Assembly: GCF_009914755.1 (NCBI RefSeq)
Contig: NC_060936.1
Origin: the human T2T-CHM13v2.0 reference genome, Homo sapiens
Strand: one strand, 5' to 3'
DNA length: 64,000 bases
The notes below the pieces were generated by a model, which was not told where the DNA came from, did no database searches, and saw only the letters and a program-made list of their open reading frames with translations. Shown here piece after piece: positions 41,584-55,930 of this stretch (the first letter of the stretch is position 1; each line of letters begins with the position of its first letter). Both the position numbers and the translations under genes were made by a program.

Positions 41584-43429
41584 GGAAGAAAGAATATTCA
41601 TCATCACTCCTAGAAAACAAATTCTCTCCAGGGTAAGTGTTATCTAGCAGCGTCTTGAAGTGTCACCCACCAAGAGTACCAAGGACTGAACCTTGGTGAA
41701 TGTCCATTTGTCATTTCTGCCCAAAGCAAGATGCTTGGAACAAGGACTCTTTCCTGGCAGTGACACAAAACTCCCCGCTCTACCACCCTAGAGTAGAAAG
41801 CCCCTTGTACCACTTACTTTATAAAATTCAGTCCCCACCTCCCTGCATGCTTACAGTCACTTCATTTCCAGCCCTCCTGAGGGTACATTTCCAAGGATTC
41901 TCTCCTGGGAATCAGCCTTCAAGGATTCTAGATGGAAATGCCACGTCCCCACGTGTCTGAAACTTGGCTCCACTACTTGCTGGTTCCTAACGGTACCCAA
42001 AGCAGGAGTTTGTGATTAAACCACAGACAAAGCACCAGCCTGAGCAAGCAAGAAAACAGCAGGAGCCCAAGGACTCCTGTGAGCTAAGAGTCTGATGGTT
42101 TTCATGCAAATTGTTTTTAGTAGTAGGGAGATAACAGGCAAATAAAATATGGGAGATAGGCAGAGATTTTTCTAAACCAGTGATGGGGGCGGGGGAGTTC
42201 TTTCATAAAATCCCAGTGCATCCTTAACAGTAAAGCTATAAAGTTCCCATATTTCTTATCGAGTGGAATAAAATTTGTCTCTCTCAGGGATCCTCCTGCT
42301 CCTCCTCTCCCAGCCTAGCACAATCAATGTCTCTTTCCCCTTCTCTAACGTTCCATCTTAGCCTTGACTGAAGAGTCTTTTTCAGAATGGCAATGCTTTC
42401 CAATGATGAAAAGCATATTATCAGAGGACGATTTTAAGTGGTAGACAAAATGAGCAATATTTATTCTACTAGCTGTCTATTTATTTTAATGCACTTAGAG
42501 TAAAATCTGTCTAGCACATGAAACCTATGATTTTATTATAGGCTATGTTGGCCTAAGTTTTTAAAAGGGAATTAATATAGAGCCAATAAAGAGAAAAGCA
42601 TTCAGTAAATCATGATATGCATGGTAGGCAAACGCAGGAAGAAACTGTGATGTGGGGCCTACGTGCATGATATTTGGAAAATACGAGTAGGAATTCTGCA
42701 ACAAATCCAACTCAGCTCCTGGGGAGGGGCCACAAAAATCAGACGGTTCATTGCCGTAACTCAGATGTAGACATTTCCATTTAATTCTGGATCATAAATA
42801 AGTCTTTACAGTTCTGAATCCTGGAACCTCCTGAAGTCTAAGATCTGAGTCTTCAAGCTGATAGACTTGGCCTTCAGTAGGGAGAGGTGTTTTGTTTTTA
42901 AAATCAGGAAATTTCACATAAAAATGCAGGTTTCTTGTTCTCTTTAAAAATTAAAGATCTGGAAAACCGGGTCTACATCTCTGAGTGGCAATAATCAGGT
43001 GACCATAAGCCACAGGAGTGGCTATTATCTGATACTAGGACCTACCCCTGCACTCCTGTGACTGGGGCTGCCTCAGAGACAAAGGCTAGAAAGGGAGTTC
43101 CTCCTTTTCTAAGATTTCTCTGCCCTTTCTCCACCTTCTCTTTCTTCTCTCTTCCCTCGCAATCCCTCCTCACCCATACACGTACACGCACACTCATAAA
43201 CATGTACATACCTCCAGGAGATGAAGACAACTTCTGTCTTCCCTCACTAATTCCCATGGTTTATGTGCCTCAATGCTGGCCCAAATTCACTGGTAATTCC
43301 CATGTTGATTATTTATTGCCTTTTAGCTATTTGATTGGCAGAAGATCATATGAAATCATCTAATATGTTATTTTTGTGTAGGATGTGAGATAGGGGGAAA
43401 AATTCCATTTTCTCCCTAATTAGTAGATC

Positions 43430-43700
43430 ATGAAGAATAGTAGAGTAGAGAGACAACAGACACATGAATTGGAGCCAGAGTATTTGAATTTGAATCCTAG
43501 TTTTCTCATTTCCTGGCTGTGTGATGATCATGGGCAAGTCATTTGACTTCTCTGCACCGTAATTTCCTCATCTGTAATACCAGGATGACAGTATCTATTG
43601 AATAGGATTGTTGTAAAGATGAAATTAGTGAACATATATAAAGTGCTAGACTAGAGCCCGGTATACAATAAGGGTTATACAAAGGTGGCCTATTATATGA
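43430..43700 (+). mobile_element. MIR, near full length
   Basis: TTGGAGCCAGAG..TTTGAATCCTAG..GGGCAAGTCATTTGACTTCTCTG..TTCCTCATCTGTAA. Confidence 0.8.
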
Positions 43701-44093
43701 GTAATGGTCTTCCATTCTATGAACTACCACTGGAATAAACTTTAACTCTGCACCTTGAAATTATTACATCAGTTGTATTCCTTTACCCAACACCATTTAT
43801 TTAAGGCAAATAAGTGCCAGGCACTGCATAGGGCACTAGAAATATAAAAAATAAGAAAATGTTCTTGCTCTTCAAAGAGCTTCCTATCCCTAATGTATTT
43901 GGAATTTGAAGTTAAATTAAGAAAATAACACACAATCATGTTTAAATAAAGATTAAACTAAGCAAAAATCATATGATGATTGTTTAATACGAGTCTTAAG
44001 GAGAACAAATAATTAGAATCATTTCAGATTCAGTCCACAAAAATCAATCTTCCAAAAAGTAGGGACAAGATGAGATTTTGAAAGATACCCTCA

Positions 44094-44492
<399 letters not shown>

Positions 44493-44518
44493 TCAGAAGA
44501 TCACCAAGGGTCTGTGAG

Positions 44519-44520
<2 letters not shown>

Positions 44521-44561
<41 letters not shown>

Positions 44562-44562
44562 A
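44521..44562. repeat. (AC)20-21 microsatellite
   Basis: perfect repeat, directly visible. Confidence 0.98.
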
Positions 44563-45094
44563 TGTTTGAGGGAACACAGGCTAGTAATGGGAACCAGGAG
44601 AATCCATTCAGTGTTCAGAACAGGTAGAATCTGTTCAGTTCTTTTTGTGATTTTAAGTTTCTTGAATTCGCTCTGCTTAAGTATTCCTAGTACAACAGAG
44701 GCATACTATACTTTTGAAATTTACTTTTAAGTACTTTTGCAAAATCAGGATGATAACGATGCATCTGCCTGGTGGTCAGTTAACACACTATCAGGAATTC
44801 ACATTCAAGGAGGTCAGCGAGGTCAGCTAGCATTATATCAGAGAGGGCCAACTCCAGAGGCAGTACTTTTCAATCAACAACTGATGATTTCTTAATTAGC
44901 ACTCATCACTTTCTGGCCGTTGGCTTAGGGAATTTTTAATTGCATGATGCCTGCTAAGGGACAGAGAATCCTGCCTCAGAAGGTTTGCGATCTTTTATCC
45001 AGGTGGATCAGAGCACAGCAAAGGACAGAGAGCTGGAACTTCATCAGACCTACAAAACTGCTTGTTGCCTGTGTGGCTAAAGAATTTCTCTCTA

Positions 45095-45412
45095 GGCCGG
45101 GCACTATGGCTCACACCTGTAATCCCAAGCACTTTGGCAGGCCAAGGCAGGAAGGTCACCAGAACCCAGGAGTTCGAGACCAGCCTAGACAAGATGGTGA
45201 GCCCTCGTCTCTATTAAAAATAAATAAATAAATTAGCCAGGTGTGCTGGTAGCACATGCCTGTAGTCCCAGCTACTCAATAGGCTGAGATGGGAGGATCG
45301 CTTGAGCCCAGAAGGTCAAGGCTGCAGTGAGCCGTGATTGCACCACTGCACTTCAAGCTGGGCAACAGAGCAAGACCCTGCCTCTAAAAAAGTAAAATAT
45401 ATAAATAAAATA
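45095..45412 (+). mobile_element. AluJ
   Basis: diverged full dimer. Confidence 0.93.
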
Positions 45413-46127
45413 AAATTTTTTAAAAAGAATTTATGCTTACAACTAGAAGCATGGCAGAATTTGGCTTGAACCTTACCTTTTGTTCAATGAGGACATGAGG
45501 TTTAGGGGAAGAGATAACCCTCATCCCTCATGTTCTCTACTGCCTGCTGTTACCCTCCAAAAAGAACCTACGTGTAGTGCATGACCAAAGTGACCCATGT
45601 CAATTCCCAAGAAGGGGTGGGACTCCAGGCGCCAGGGCCCTGCCCATTTCTGGCCTTTGATTCTCTGGTGATTCTCTTCCCACCCAGCCCTAATGGGCAG
45701 GACCTGCAAGGCTCACAGATGTGACAGTAGCTGGCAGAGGTTGGCTGGCATCCTTAGAGAGCTGATATGTGAAGGGAAGCTCTCAATGGTCTTAATTTGG
45801 TTTTGAAATATTTTCCATTTGACCCTGGCTATTCCCAAGGTCTGGGGAAGGTCCTCACTAACCTAAGTGCCACCAGAAAGTCCTGTCCAGGGCTCCCATA
45901 GTCCAGCTTTACACAGAGAGGGACTCCCACCACTGCCTCTTGGTTCACCTCCTACTGAATCAGAGAGAGGGGTTGGGGCTGGGAGAAGTTGCAGGCTGGG
46001 AAGAAGAGTGAAACAGCCTAGCTGGCCCAGCCTCCAGGTGCACTGGCATTAGAACACTGAGAACAGACTGAAATCTGGATACATTGTGGGAAAAAATCAG
46101 CCTGTCCACCCTTAATAAGGCCTGGAG

Positions 46128-46311
46128 CAGTGCTGCCCAAAACAGCTTTCTAGCACCGGCAACCATGGTAGCCACTAGTCACAGGCAGCCAGTGAGCATT
46201 CAAAATGTGACTGGTAGGAAGCAGGAGATGAATTTCAAATTGCATTTCATTTTAATTTATTTACATTAAATAGCCACATGAGACTAATGGTTACTGTAGT
46301 GGACAGCACAG
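46128..46311. mobile_element. MER3 (hAT-Charlie)
   Basis: CAGTGCTGCCCAA...GGACAGCACAG; 8-bp TSD GCCT(G/A)GAG. Confidence 0.82.
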
Positions 46312-46369
46312 GCCTAGAGCCTGGCTTTTCTCCCTATTCTCTCAGGACCTTCTCTTAATTCTCAAATAG

Positions 46370-46600
<231 letters not shown>

Positions 46601-46619
46601 TTAAGGGGGTGTTAAATTA

Positions 46620-47119
<500 letters not shown>

Positions 47120-47984
47120 TCCAATATCTTGTTTTGACCTTAGATCCCTCTCCTTTCTTCAACTCTCTGGAATATTCTGGCTTGGGTGGTTCGAAAGAAG
47201 GAAACCAATGCTTCCCAAATGTTTCCCCATTAGAGATGGATAAAGTGTCAGGCTACCAGAAAATAGGGTCTTTAATGGCACATGGGAGTCATAGAATGCA
47301 CATGCCCCATTTGGAACTAATACATCCAATGGTGCTATTCAAAGTAATCATAATAATGTGCTATACTCTGCTTGTATATGTGTATGGATACATCATCACA
47401 ATGCATCCTGCATGTAAAGTGACCGGAACAACAATTAGGCTTCTCATTTTAAAAATTAGAAAACCAAAGTCAGCTTAGCTAAGAGAATCACATTGCAGAT
47501 AATGATAGAGCTGGGACCAGCACCAGGTGTTCTGACTCCTAACTTCTCTTGGAATATTTGAGTCAGCCCTGATTAGAGAAGAAACATGACAGAAGAAGAG
47601 AGCAGACCATAATCACCCCCAATAGACTGGCCATGTCTCCAACAAGGCTCTTTTCTTTCAGGCCTGCAGGGAGTCATTTTGTACACAGTGCACAGCATAT
47701 TATTTCCTAGCATTGTGGAAGCTGGAATGTGTTAGGGAATTTAAGCAGTATCTGTCTTCCAGAGCTCTAATGGGCCATCCTGATTGTTCTTGCATTCTAA
47801 CTGTATTTGTAGGGATCTTATCAACGAATTTCCTTCTCATAGGATCTCTGCTCTTTGCACAATTCAGAGGTGTCTTCTTATTTAATACAATATACAACAC
47901 CATGGTATTACTCTAATGGATGTTCTAAACTGAACAAGCCAAGCTTTTTTTTCCTTATGCTTCAGTTAAATTTGTTTTCATATC

Positions 47985-48175
47985 ATTTTTCTGGATCCTC
48001 TGATTAAGCATGTCAGATTTTTTTAATTTTATTATTTTTCTGGATCCTCTGATTTTTTTATTTTATTATTTTTCTGGATCCTCCAATTATTTATTATTTT
48101 TCTGGATCCTCCGATTTATTTATTTATTTATTTATTTATTATTTTTCTGGATCCTCCAATTAAGCACGTGTCAGA
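47985..48175. repeat. irregular direct repeat, 5 x ATTTTTCTGGATCCTC with T-rich linkers
   Basis: GGATCC at 47993, 48042, 48076, 48104 and 48149. Confidence 0.95.
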
Positions 48176-48222
48176 CTAAGGGGTCCAAATTTTGGCTGTA
48201 TATCTGAATTCATGGCACTTTA

Positions 48223-48529
<307 letters not shown>

Positions 48530-48561
48530 CTCATGGCACTTTAAAGAAAATGCACATTCCA

Positions 48562-48860
<299 letters not shown>

Positions 48861-49553
48861 AGAAAAATACACATTCCAGGTTCTATCTCTTGAGGAGCTG
48901 GGATTGAGCCTGGGCATCCACATTTTTCAAAGTTCCCCCACATGATCTCAGTGCTAAAAACTGAGACTCATGGAATGTTGGACCAAAGAATCAAGAGACC
49001 CATATTCTGGTTCCTGACTTTCCTACACACTGGCCTCTCTGAGCCTGTTTCCCATTCTGTAAAATGGAGAGATAGGAGCCCTGTCCTACTTTTGTGAGTT
49101 TAAAGCATAAGAACTTGTGTGAAAGAATTTTGACAAGGAACTTTTGTATTTATGGTGGGAGGGATCTGGTGACCAGCAGTCAGGCACCACCTGCAAACAG
49201 GCCTGTGATCTGGTCACTTGGTGACATTTCCACTGGGTTCTCGTGGTCTGCTTGCCTCCATCACACTATGCTAAAAATGGGTAGAGAGTGGGTGGAGCTC
49301 AGAATACTTTAACTCCAGTGTAATAGTGTGGGCAGCTTCCACTTAGTTAGGTACTTCTGGACAAATGGAAGCTTGTCTGCATGCAGCTATATTTATTTCC
49401 AAAATAACTGGTGAGATTCCCCCACGAATTTGAGAACATTCATTTCTGTTTTACCTGTTTTGAGACCTTTAGACCATGAGATTAGAACGCCCCAGGCATG
49501 ATCAGGAGGCAGAAGTACACAGGTCGTCTATTCCCAACCTCAGAGCTGATGCT

Positions 49554-50390
49554 CAGGGTAAATCCACAGCCATTTGATGTAGGGACGTTTTAATTTGGGA
49601 AATCAAATGCAGGAAAGATATTACCTTACTGTTCATTTCAAGCATCTCACACACACCATTAAATGCCCCAAACTAGGCTACTATTGAACCTTAACCACAT
49701 ACAAATTACGTATTTACCCAAATACTCTAACATGCTAACAATCCTTTCTTTTGAAACTTCCTGGTTTAACCGATCTGACAAACAGATCCTTCATTTCTGT
49801 TCGCTCTATTTTATTCATTCAGTGTATCACAAGTTGACCATAGCAAGACGAGAAATGCATTAAGGATCATGATTTTGCAAAGCATTAATAAGGATACTGG
49901 GACAAGGAAGTTAAGCTTTTGATGGCCTTGATACAACTATTTCAAACTTCTCTATTTCAAACTGACTTCTGCACAAGGGCACCACATCTAAAGGACCATC
50001 ATTGATAGTAAACACAGTTAGTTTGTATATTTATTATGATAGTTTTCTGGCAGATGATAGTCATGTGTCTTATTCTAATAAATCAGCCCATGACAACAAT
50101 TTTCCAACAGAAGTAAGCCAAGTGTCTTGAAGAAGGGGTGGGAGTGTGCCTTTTGTAATTCACACACAGGGGCAGTTTGGGCTACATGCAACCCAGAAAG
50201 GATTGTTAGCATGTTGGGGTATTTGGGTAAATATGTCATTTGTATGTGGTTAAGGTTCAATAGTAGCCTGGTTTGGGGCATTTAATGGTGTGTGTGAGAT
50301 GCTTGAAATGAACAGTAAGGTAATATCTTTCCTGCATTTGATTTCCCAAATTAAAATGTCCCTACATCAAATGGCTGTGGATTTACCCTG
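49554..50390. repeat. long inverted repeat: arms 49554-49749 and 50195-50390 (196 bp each), 445-bp spacer
   Basis: manual alignment gives 190/196 identity with no gaps; mirrored ORFs 49663+ and 50281- both start MPQTRLLLNLNHIQ. Confidence 0.98.
49965..50196 (+). mobile_element. MER91/Zaphod-like hAT-Tip100 relic inside the inverted-repeat spacer
   Basis: CTGCACAAGGGCACCACATCTAAAGG...GAAGAAGGGG..TTTTGTAATTCACACACAGG..TGGGCTAC resembles MER91 ends. Confidence 0.55.
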
Positions 50391-50458
50391 TCCACTGATC
50401 TCTTCCCTGGTCATCCCTGATCTGGGGACAAGTCTTCTGTCAAAAAGGGGCTGAGTGA

Positions 50459-51020
<562 letters not shown>

Positions 51021-51659
51021 TAATCCCAGGACATCCCCTGTGGAGCTGGAGCTCTTTCTTCATTTTTTCCTTTTCTCCACTTCAGGTCTTAACTTTAAAA
51101 ACATCTGGGCTATTCCTATACCCAGCCCTGGGTGTCTGAACCTGTTCAGGGAGGTTAGGGTACTGTTGATTGCCCCAGACTCTGAGGTTTGGGCATGCAC
51201 TTCCTGCCACCCTAGAAGTTTCAAAAAAAAAAAGAAGTGTTTCTTAGTAAAAGGGCAGTGAATTCTCAAATTCTATAGTTTCCCTTCCTCCACTTTCATA
51301 TCTCAGCTACTATCAGAGTAACTTTACCCTACTTTCTCACCCCTGTCTCTGTAAGCCTGATGAAAATCAGGAAGTATATAGTGATGTAGGAGTGGCTGAA
51401 CATTCTCTGGAGATGGGACACACAAACTTTAGGATCCTGGAAGAAGCTATCAGAGGATCCAGTGTTAAATTACAAAGTTTGGAGTAGGGTCACTTTTCTA
51501 AGTGCTGATGTGTTTTCAAAAGAGAAGTATCTTGTAGAGCAAGAGGATGCCATGCTGCCTGGAAGTGACCTTGGGTATAATGGGAACCCTGATACATTCA
51601 TTTATTCCATTTGTTTACAACAGGTATACTTTTATTCATTCATTTTTTACAACAGGTAC

Positions 51660-52010
51660 AGTTTCATTTCATTCATTAAGCATTTGGTATGTGCCAGGCA
51701 ATTTGCTAGGAATCGAGGATAATCAGTAAACACAACTAGCCTTCGTGGAGTGAACAGGCTAGTGTTGGAGAATTCACTAGCTAGATAAACTATTCCTATG
51801 CAATTACACACAGTGTTAAGTGTTCTAAAGAGAAACACTGTGTGGAAAGAGGGAATAATATAGGGGACGCAACTTTCGACTGTGAGTGAGGGAAAGCATG
51901 TCTGAGCTGGGCTTTTAAGCTGAGACCTGCAGGATGAGAGGGAGCCAGCCTGCGGAAGGTTGCACCAGGCAGCAGCAACAATCATACAAAGACTAAGACA
52001 TGAAAACTCT
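51660..52010 (-). mobile_element. L2 3' fragment
   Basis: TTCATTCATTAAGCATTTGGTATGTGCCAGGC. Confidence 0.7.
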
Positions 52011-53012
52011 AGAACATAAGTTTCGACCCTTCTCCTTTTTCCCAGCTCCTAAGGTTTCGCTTCATCCTGGCTTCTTTGTTATTTCCACTAGTAAAGTACG
52101 AGAAGCACTCAGCACCACACCTGGCATAACTAACACTTCTCATGTGCCAGGTGCTACTGGAAGTGTGTTATGTGCATTAACTCATTTAATCCTCATAACC
52201 ACCCAAGGATGGAGGGTCTATTCATGTCCCTATTTCACAGATGAAGAAACTGCACAAGTCACTATGCAATAATGGCCACGATTATTATTGGAATTAGTAA
52301 TTTCATCAATAATAGCACAGTGACAATTTTCAGACTTCTGGCAGACTTAATTTTGTTTATTTCTGACCTTTACACTGCTCATTGAGAGCCTCTTTAGTAG
52401 ACTTCTTCCGTGTACTTTGCAAATTGTAAAAGCTTGTTTCTTTTAAAAAATCCATTATTAATGTTATTGGTGGAAAACTTTTTTAACACTGCTGGTCAGG
52501 CTTTATAGAAAAATCCCTTTCTGTATCCTCCCTCATCAGCAATACTTCTCCGAATTCCCTTCGATTCAGCAAAGGTTTATTAAGAACCTGCTAATTGCCT
52601 GGCATGACTCTGGAGATGCCAGCTCCAAAAATTCAAAGTCAAGGAAAAAAACCACACAAATAGCTGTAATAGAATAGGATATAGGCTCTGCTTGTCTTAT
52701 AATCAAAATACAAATGCAAGTGATTGGGAAAAAGTATGATCTAGAGTCAAGGAGACAGTTACCCAGAAGGTGTTTTCTTAGACTTACTTATTTTTTTTTT
52801 AAATAAATATGTAAGTGGTCAAAAGCCTTTTCAATATGAAGATGTGATAGCTCCATATTTTATAATGTGTTGCCCTCATAAATTTGGTCTTAGAATTGTT
52901 CTGTTTTGTTTTTTCCAAATCCCCCGGTTTTTTCACTAATGACGACCTACTGTTTAGATGTAGATTGTTCTATTGTCGAATGAATTTTACCTTTTTTCCT
53001 TTTAATTTACAG

Positions 53013-53198
53013 GTATGAAAGCTAATCTTTGAAGACACACTTAATCAGCGAAATGGTGATTGTTGAAGGAGAATTGTGGCCTGATGCGCTAATTTCTAAG
53101 TTAAAAAGGAACATCATTTTCGCAACAATAAAGTAGTGATCTGCCCTTCCACGCAGTGTTAAGACACTTCCCACAACTCCTTCACCCTTCTCATTTAG
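53013..53198 (+). other. candidate non-coding internal exon (186 nt)
   Basis: acceptor CTTTTTTCCTTTTAATTTACAG| and donor TAG|GTAAGT in non-repetitive DNA; early stops in all three frames. Confidence 0.45.
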
Positions 53199-53826
53199 GT
53201 AAGTACTAAAATAAACAGGAAAAGGGAACTGTACCTCTTATACCTATGCAACTGGCCCAGTGAATTGATTTCAAGTTTGCATTTGTGAGAAAAAAAAAAA
53301 GATGACTTCCTTATTTATATTTTAGTGGGCACAAAATTCCCCTTCCAGAGAGCCCTGTCTTTATCCCTCAGCCATTTTCAAAGAGCACTTTCATGCAAAG
53401 AGCAAACAGCTTCTCTAGGCGGAGAGTTTGAATTTCCTCTTCCTGAACCATTTCCTATATCTGAACTGCCCACATCTTATGGGGCAAGAACATCACAAGA
53501 GGATGTAAAGGATCCAGCAAGCTACTAACTCAGCAGACAACACAATAATGCCAGTCTTAGAGAACTAAGTGCTAAGGAGAGTTCATGGCAATGAATTCAA
53601 TAAAGGTCTTTTCCAACCAGCAGCCTGATAGGACCCTTTCTCTCTTCTTGTTGTTGAACCTATCTATATAAGAACACATTTTTTTAAAGATGCATGATAT
53701 AAATTGTGATTTAATTGCTTGAATAGGTGGGACATGACCTCCCAGAGCTGTGTGCATCAATGTCAAGAAAACACGTAGGGGCCCTAGTTCTCAACATGGT
53801 TGCCATGTGGTAGAGGGACCTCATAA

Positions 53827-54294
53827 CAGCAGTTTCTAACCTGGTCTGTGAACTTGGATGGCAAAATAAAATGACATCTTTATTTTCTCTTACCTCTAAC
53901 TGAAATTTAACATTCCCTGCAATTACAAATATAGGCAACAAACTAGAATAGTATCAGTAGCACCTGTGACTTTTTGTCACCAAGAGAAATCACACATCTT
54001 TCAAATCGCATGACAGTTGTTGCAGCTATCTTGATTTATACTTATTGTTACTTCAGATAATGATTAAGTATTAGAGATGTTACTAGTTTTTGTTATTTAA
54101 ACTGTTATTAAATAACACTTTACCATGCCATATTTTAAAAATTATTTTGTAGCTGTATTTCAACATAGTTTACAGCTTTTGTAATTCTATTTATTATATT
54201 TTTATGCATTTTAAAACATTCTGAGGAAAGTCCATAGATTTCACCACACTGTCAAAGGGGTTCATGCCCCCCGCTGCCATGTTAAGTATGCCTT
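53827..54294 (-). mobile_element. Charlie4a-like hAT relic
   Basis: GTGAACTTGGATGG..CCTCTAACTGAAATTTAACATT..GTAGCACCTGTGACTTT..GTCACCAA. Confidence 0.78.
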
Positions 54295-55410
54295 AGGAGA
54301 CTCTCAGTATTGACCCACTGCAAGCACAGTTTCCATGCAGTGAAGGGCTCGAAAATGATCCATTTAGTGCATTTCACTGTGCCTTTCATACAGTTTTAGT
54401 TACCTCTTTTCCAATAACACATCTTATCAAAAACCTCAAATGCAGTACAATTGTAAAATATGGAATCATTTGATCTTCAAATCGCTGGTTAAAACTGCAT
54501 CAGCTTTCAGCTATTCAAGAGCTGACTATCTAAGCTGTGAATTATCAAGGTCCCCTTTTCTCCCTGGTTTCCTCTTTGGCTGTTTACCATGTGGTTCTTT
54601 TACTACTGGGTCACAGGTGCACCAACAGATAGGCAGGGCTCCCCGAGGAAATGACATTCAAATCTGACAATTTTCCTACATCACTAAGAAGTTGTGGACC
54701 GGTGGAGGTTGAAAGTGTTGATTAAATTAAGGCTTGGAATTACCTGTGGATTTTAATTACCATTCTACCACTGTCCCAGTGTTCTCTGTCTCCCCACCGC
54801 CACGCTCTCCTGTAGCTCTAATGAGACACTTATCAGATGCTATTTTTGTTTGTTAGTTATCTTTGCTCTGCATACGGTCTTCCCACAGAAACTGTGTTCT
54901 CCTTCTCTTGTGTTGCCCCTGGTGCTTGGCAGACAATAGATCCCCCATAAATAGGTGTGGCTGAACTGAATCACTGTCTATGGTACATACCCAGTGGTCC
55001 TTCATGGTTGAAGATGTCAGTGCTAACATGATGATTTTCTATATTGGATTTCTTACGTCTATTTGGATTTTATTACGCAACATTTCTTCTACAAATGCTG
55101 AACACTATGTACCAGGCATCATACTAGATATTAGAGACAAAGATGAATATAATATGAACTTCCTTCAAGGAGTTCTGAGGTCACAGGGACACTAGACAAA
55201 TACATATCGCGATGGAGTGTAACAAGAGCAAGTGTAGGCATATGGACTAGGTATGTCGGTGACACCCAGAAAGGGCTGGTCATTTCTGGAGAATGAAAAT
55301 GAGAGTCAGAGAAGATGCTGGAGTGGGAACCCAAAGCATGGGTTGGATTTAGGCAATGGCAAGAGGGACGGGGAGAATTCCAGCATCAGAGAACTGTGAC
55401 TCTTTTAGGA

Positions 55411-55930
55411 TGTAACAATACACAAGCATTCTTTACGTACCGGACACTCATTTCTTCCCTGCTAAGAGAACCTAGTTGTGTATCTGGGATAATCTTAAGG
55501 AAGGTAAGTTCCTCCTCCAGACTTGGGCTTATGAGCCAATCATGAGCCAATTATGGTCATTCTTTTTCTCTTCACCAGACATTGGTATAGTGTGGGCATG
55601 TGACCACATTCTGGTCAATGACGTCTAAGGGGGAAGTCTGCTCAGGGATTTCTGTTTGGGCAAAAAAAAAAGACAGAGTCTTGCTAGGAGAAAGTAGCCT
55701 TCCCCTCGTTTTGAAAACAAATACAATGTTTACAGTTGTGGCAGTTATCTTGTGACAGCAGAAAGATATTAAAAGCCTGGAGGGGCTCTTTAATAGTAAC
55801 ACTGAATAGCAACCAGTACTAGCAACTGGGCTCCTTCTTGTGCAAGAAAAGATTAACCTCTACTTGCCTATGTTCTAAGTAATTAGGGGTTTTTTCCCCT
55901 TATAGCTAAACACATCACAACCGATGTATA
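55411..55930 (+). mobile_element. old MLT1 (G/H-like) LTR
   Basis: GGGCATGTGACCACATTCTGGTCAATGA..GGAAGTCTGCT...TATAGCTAAACACATC. Confidence 0.6.

Noticed and set aside
47985-48175. repeat-spacer pattern resembling a CRISPR array
   Set aside because: Primate DNA, a 16-bp repeat, low-complexity T-rich linkers rather than unique spacers, and no cas genes.
49663-50281. two ORFs with near-identical N-termini as paralogous micropeptide genes
   Set aside because: This is a direct consequence of the inverted repeat; the sequences diverge at the arm boundary and have no coding support.
49554-50390. the inverted repeat as TIRs of a young DNA transposon (CAGGG terminus is hAT-like)
   Set aside because: There is no target-site duplication, and 97% arm identity does not fit the age of primate hAT activity unless homogenised.
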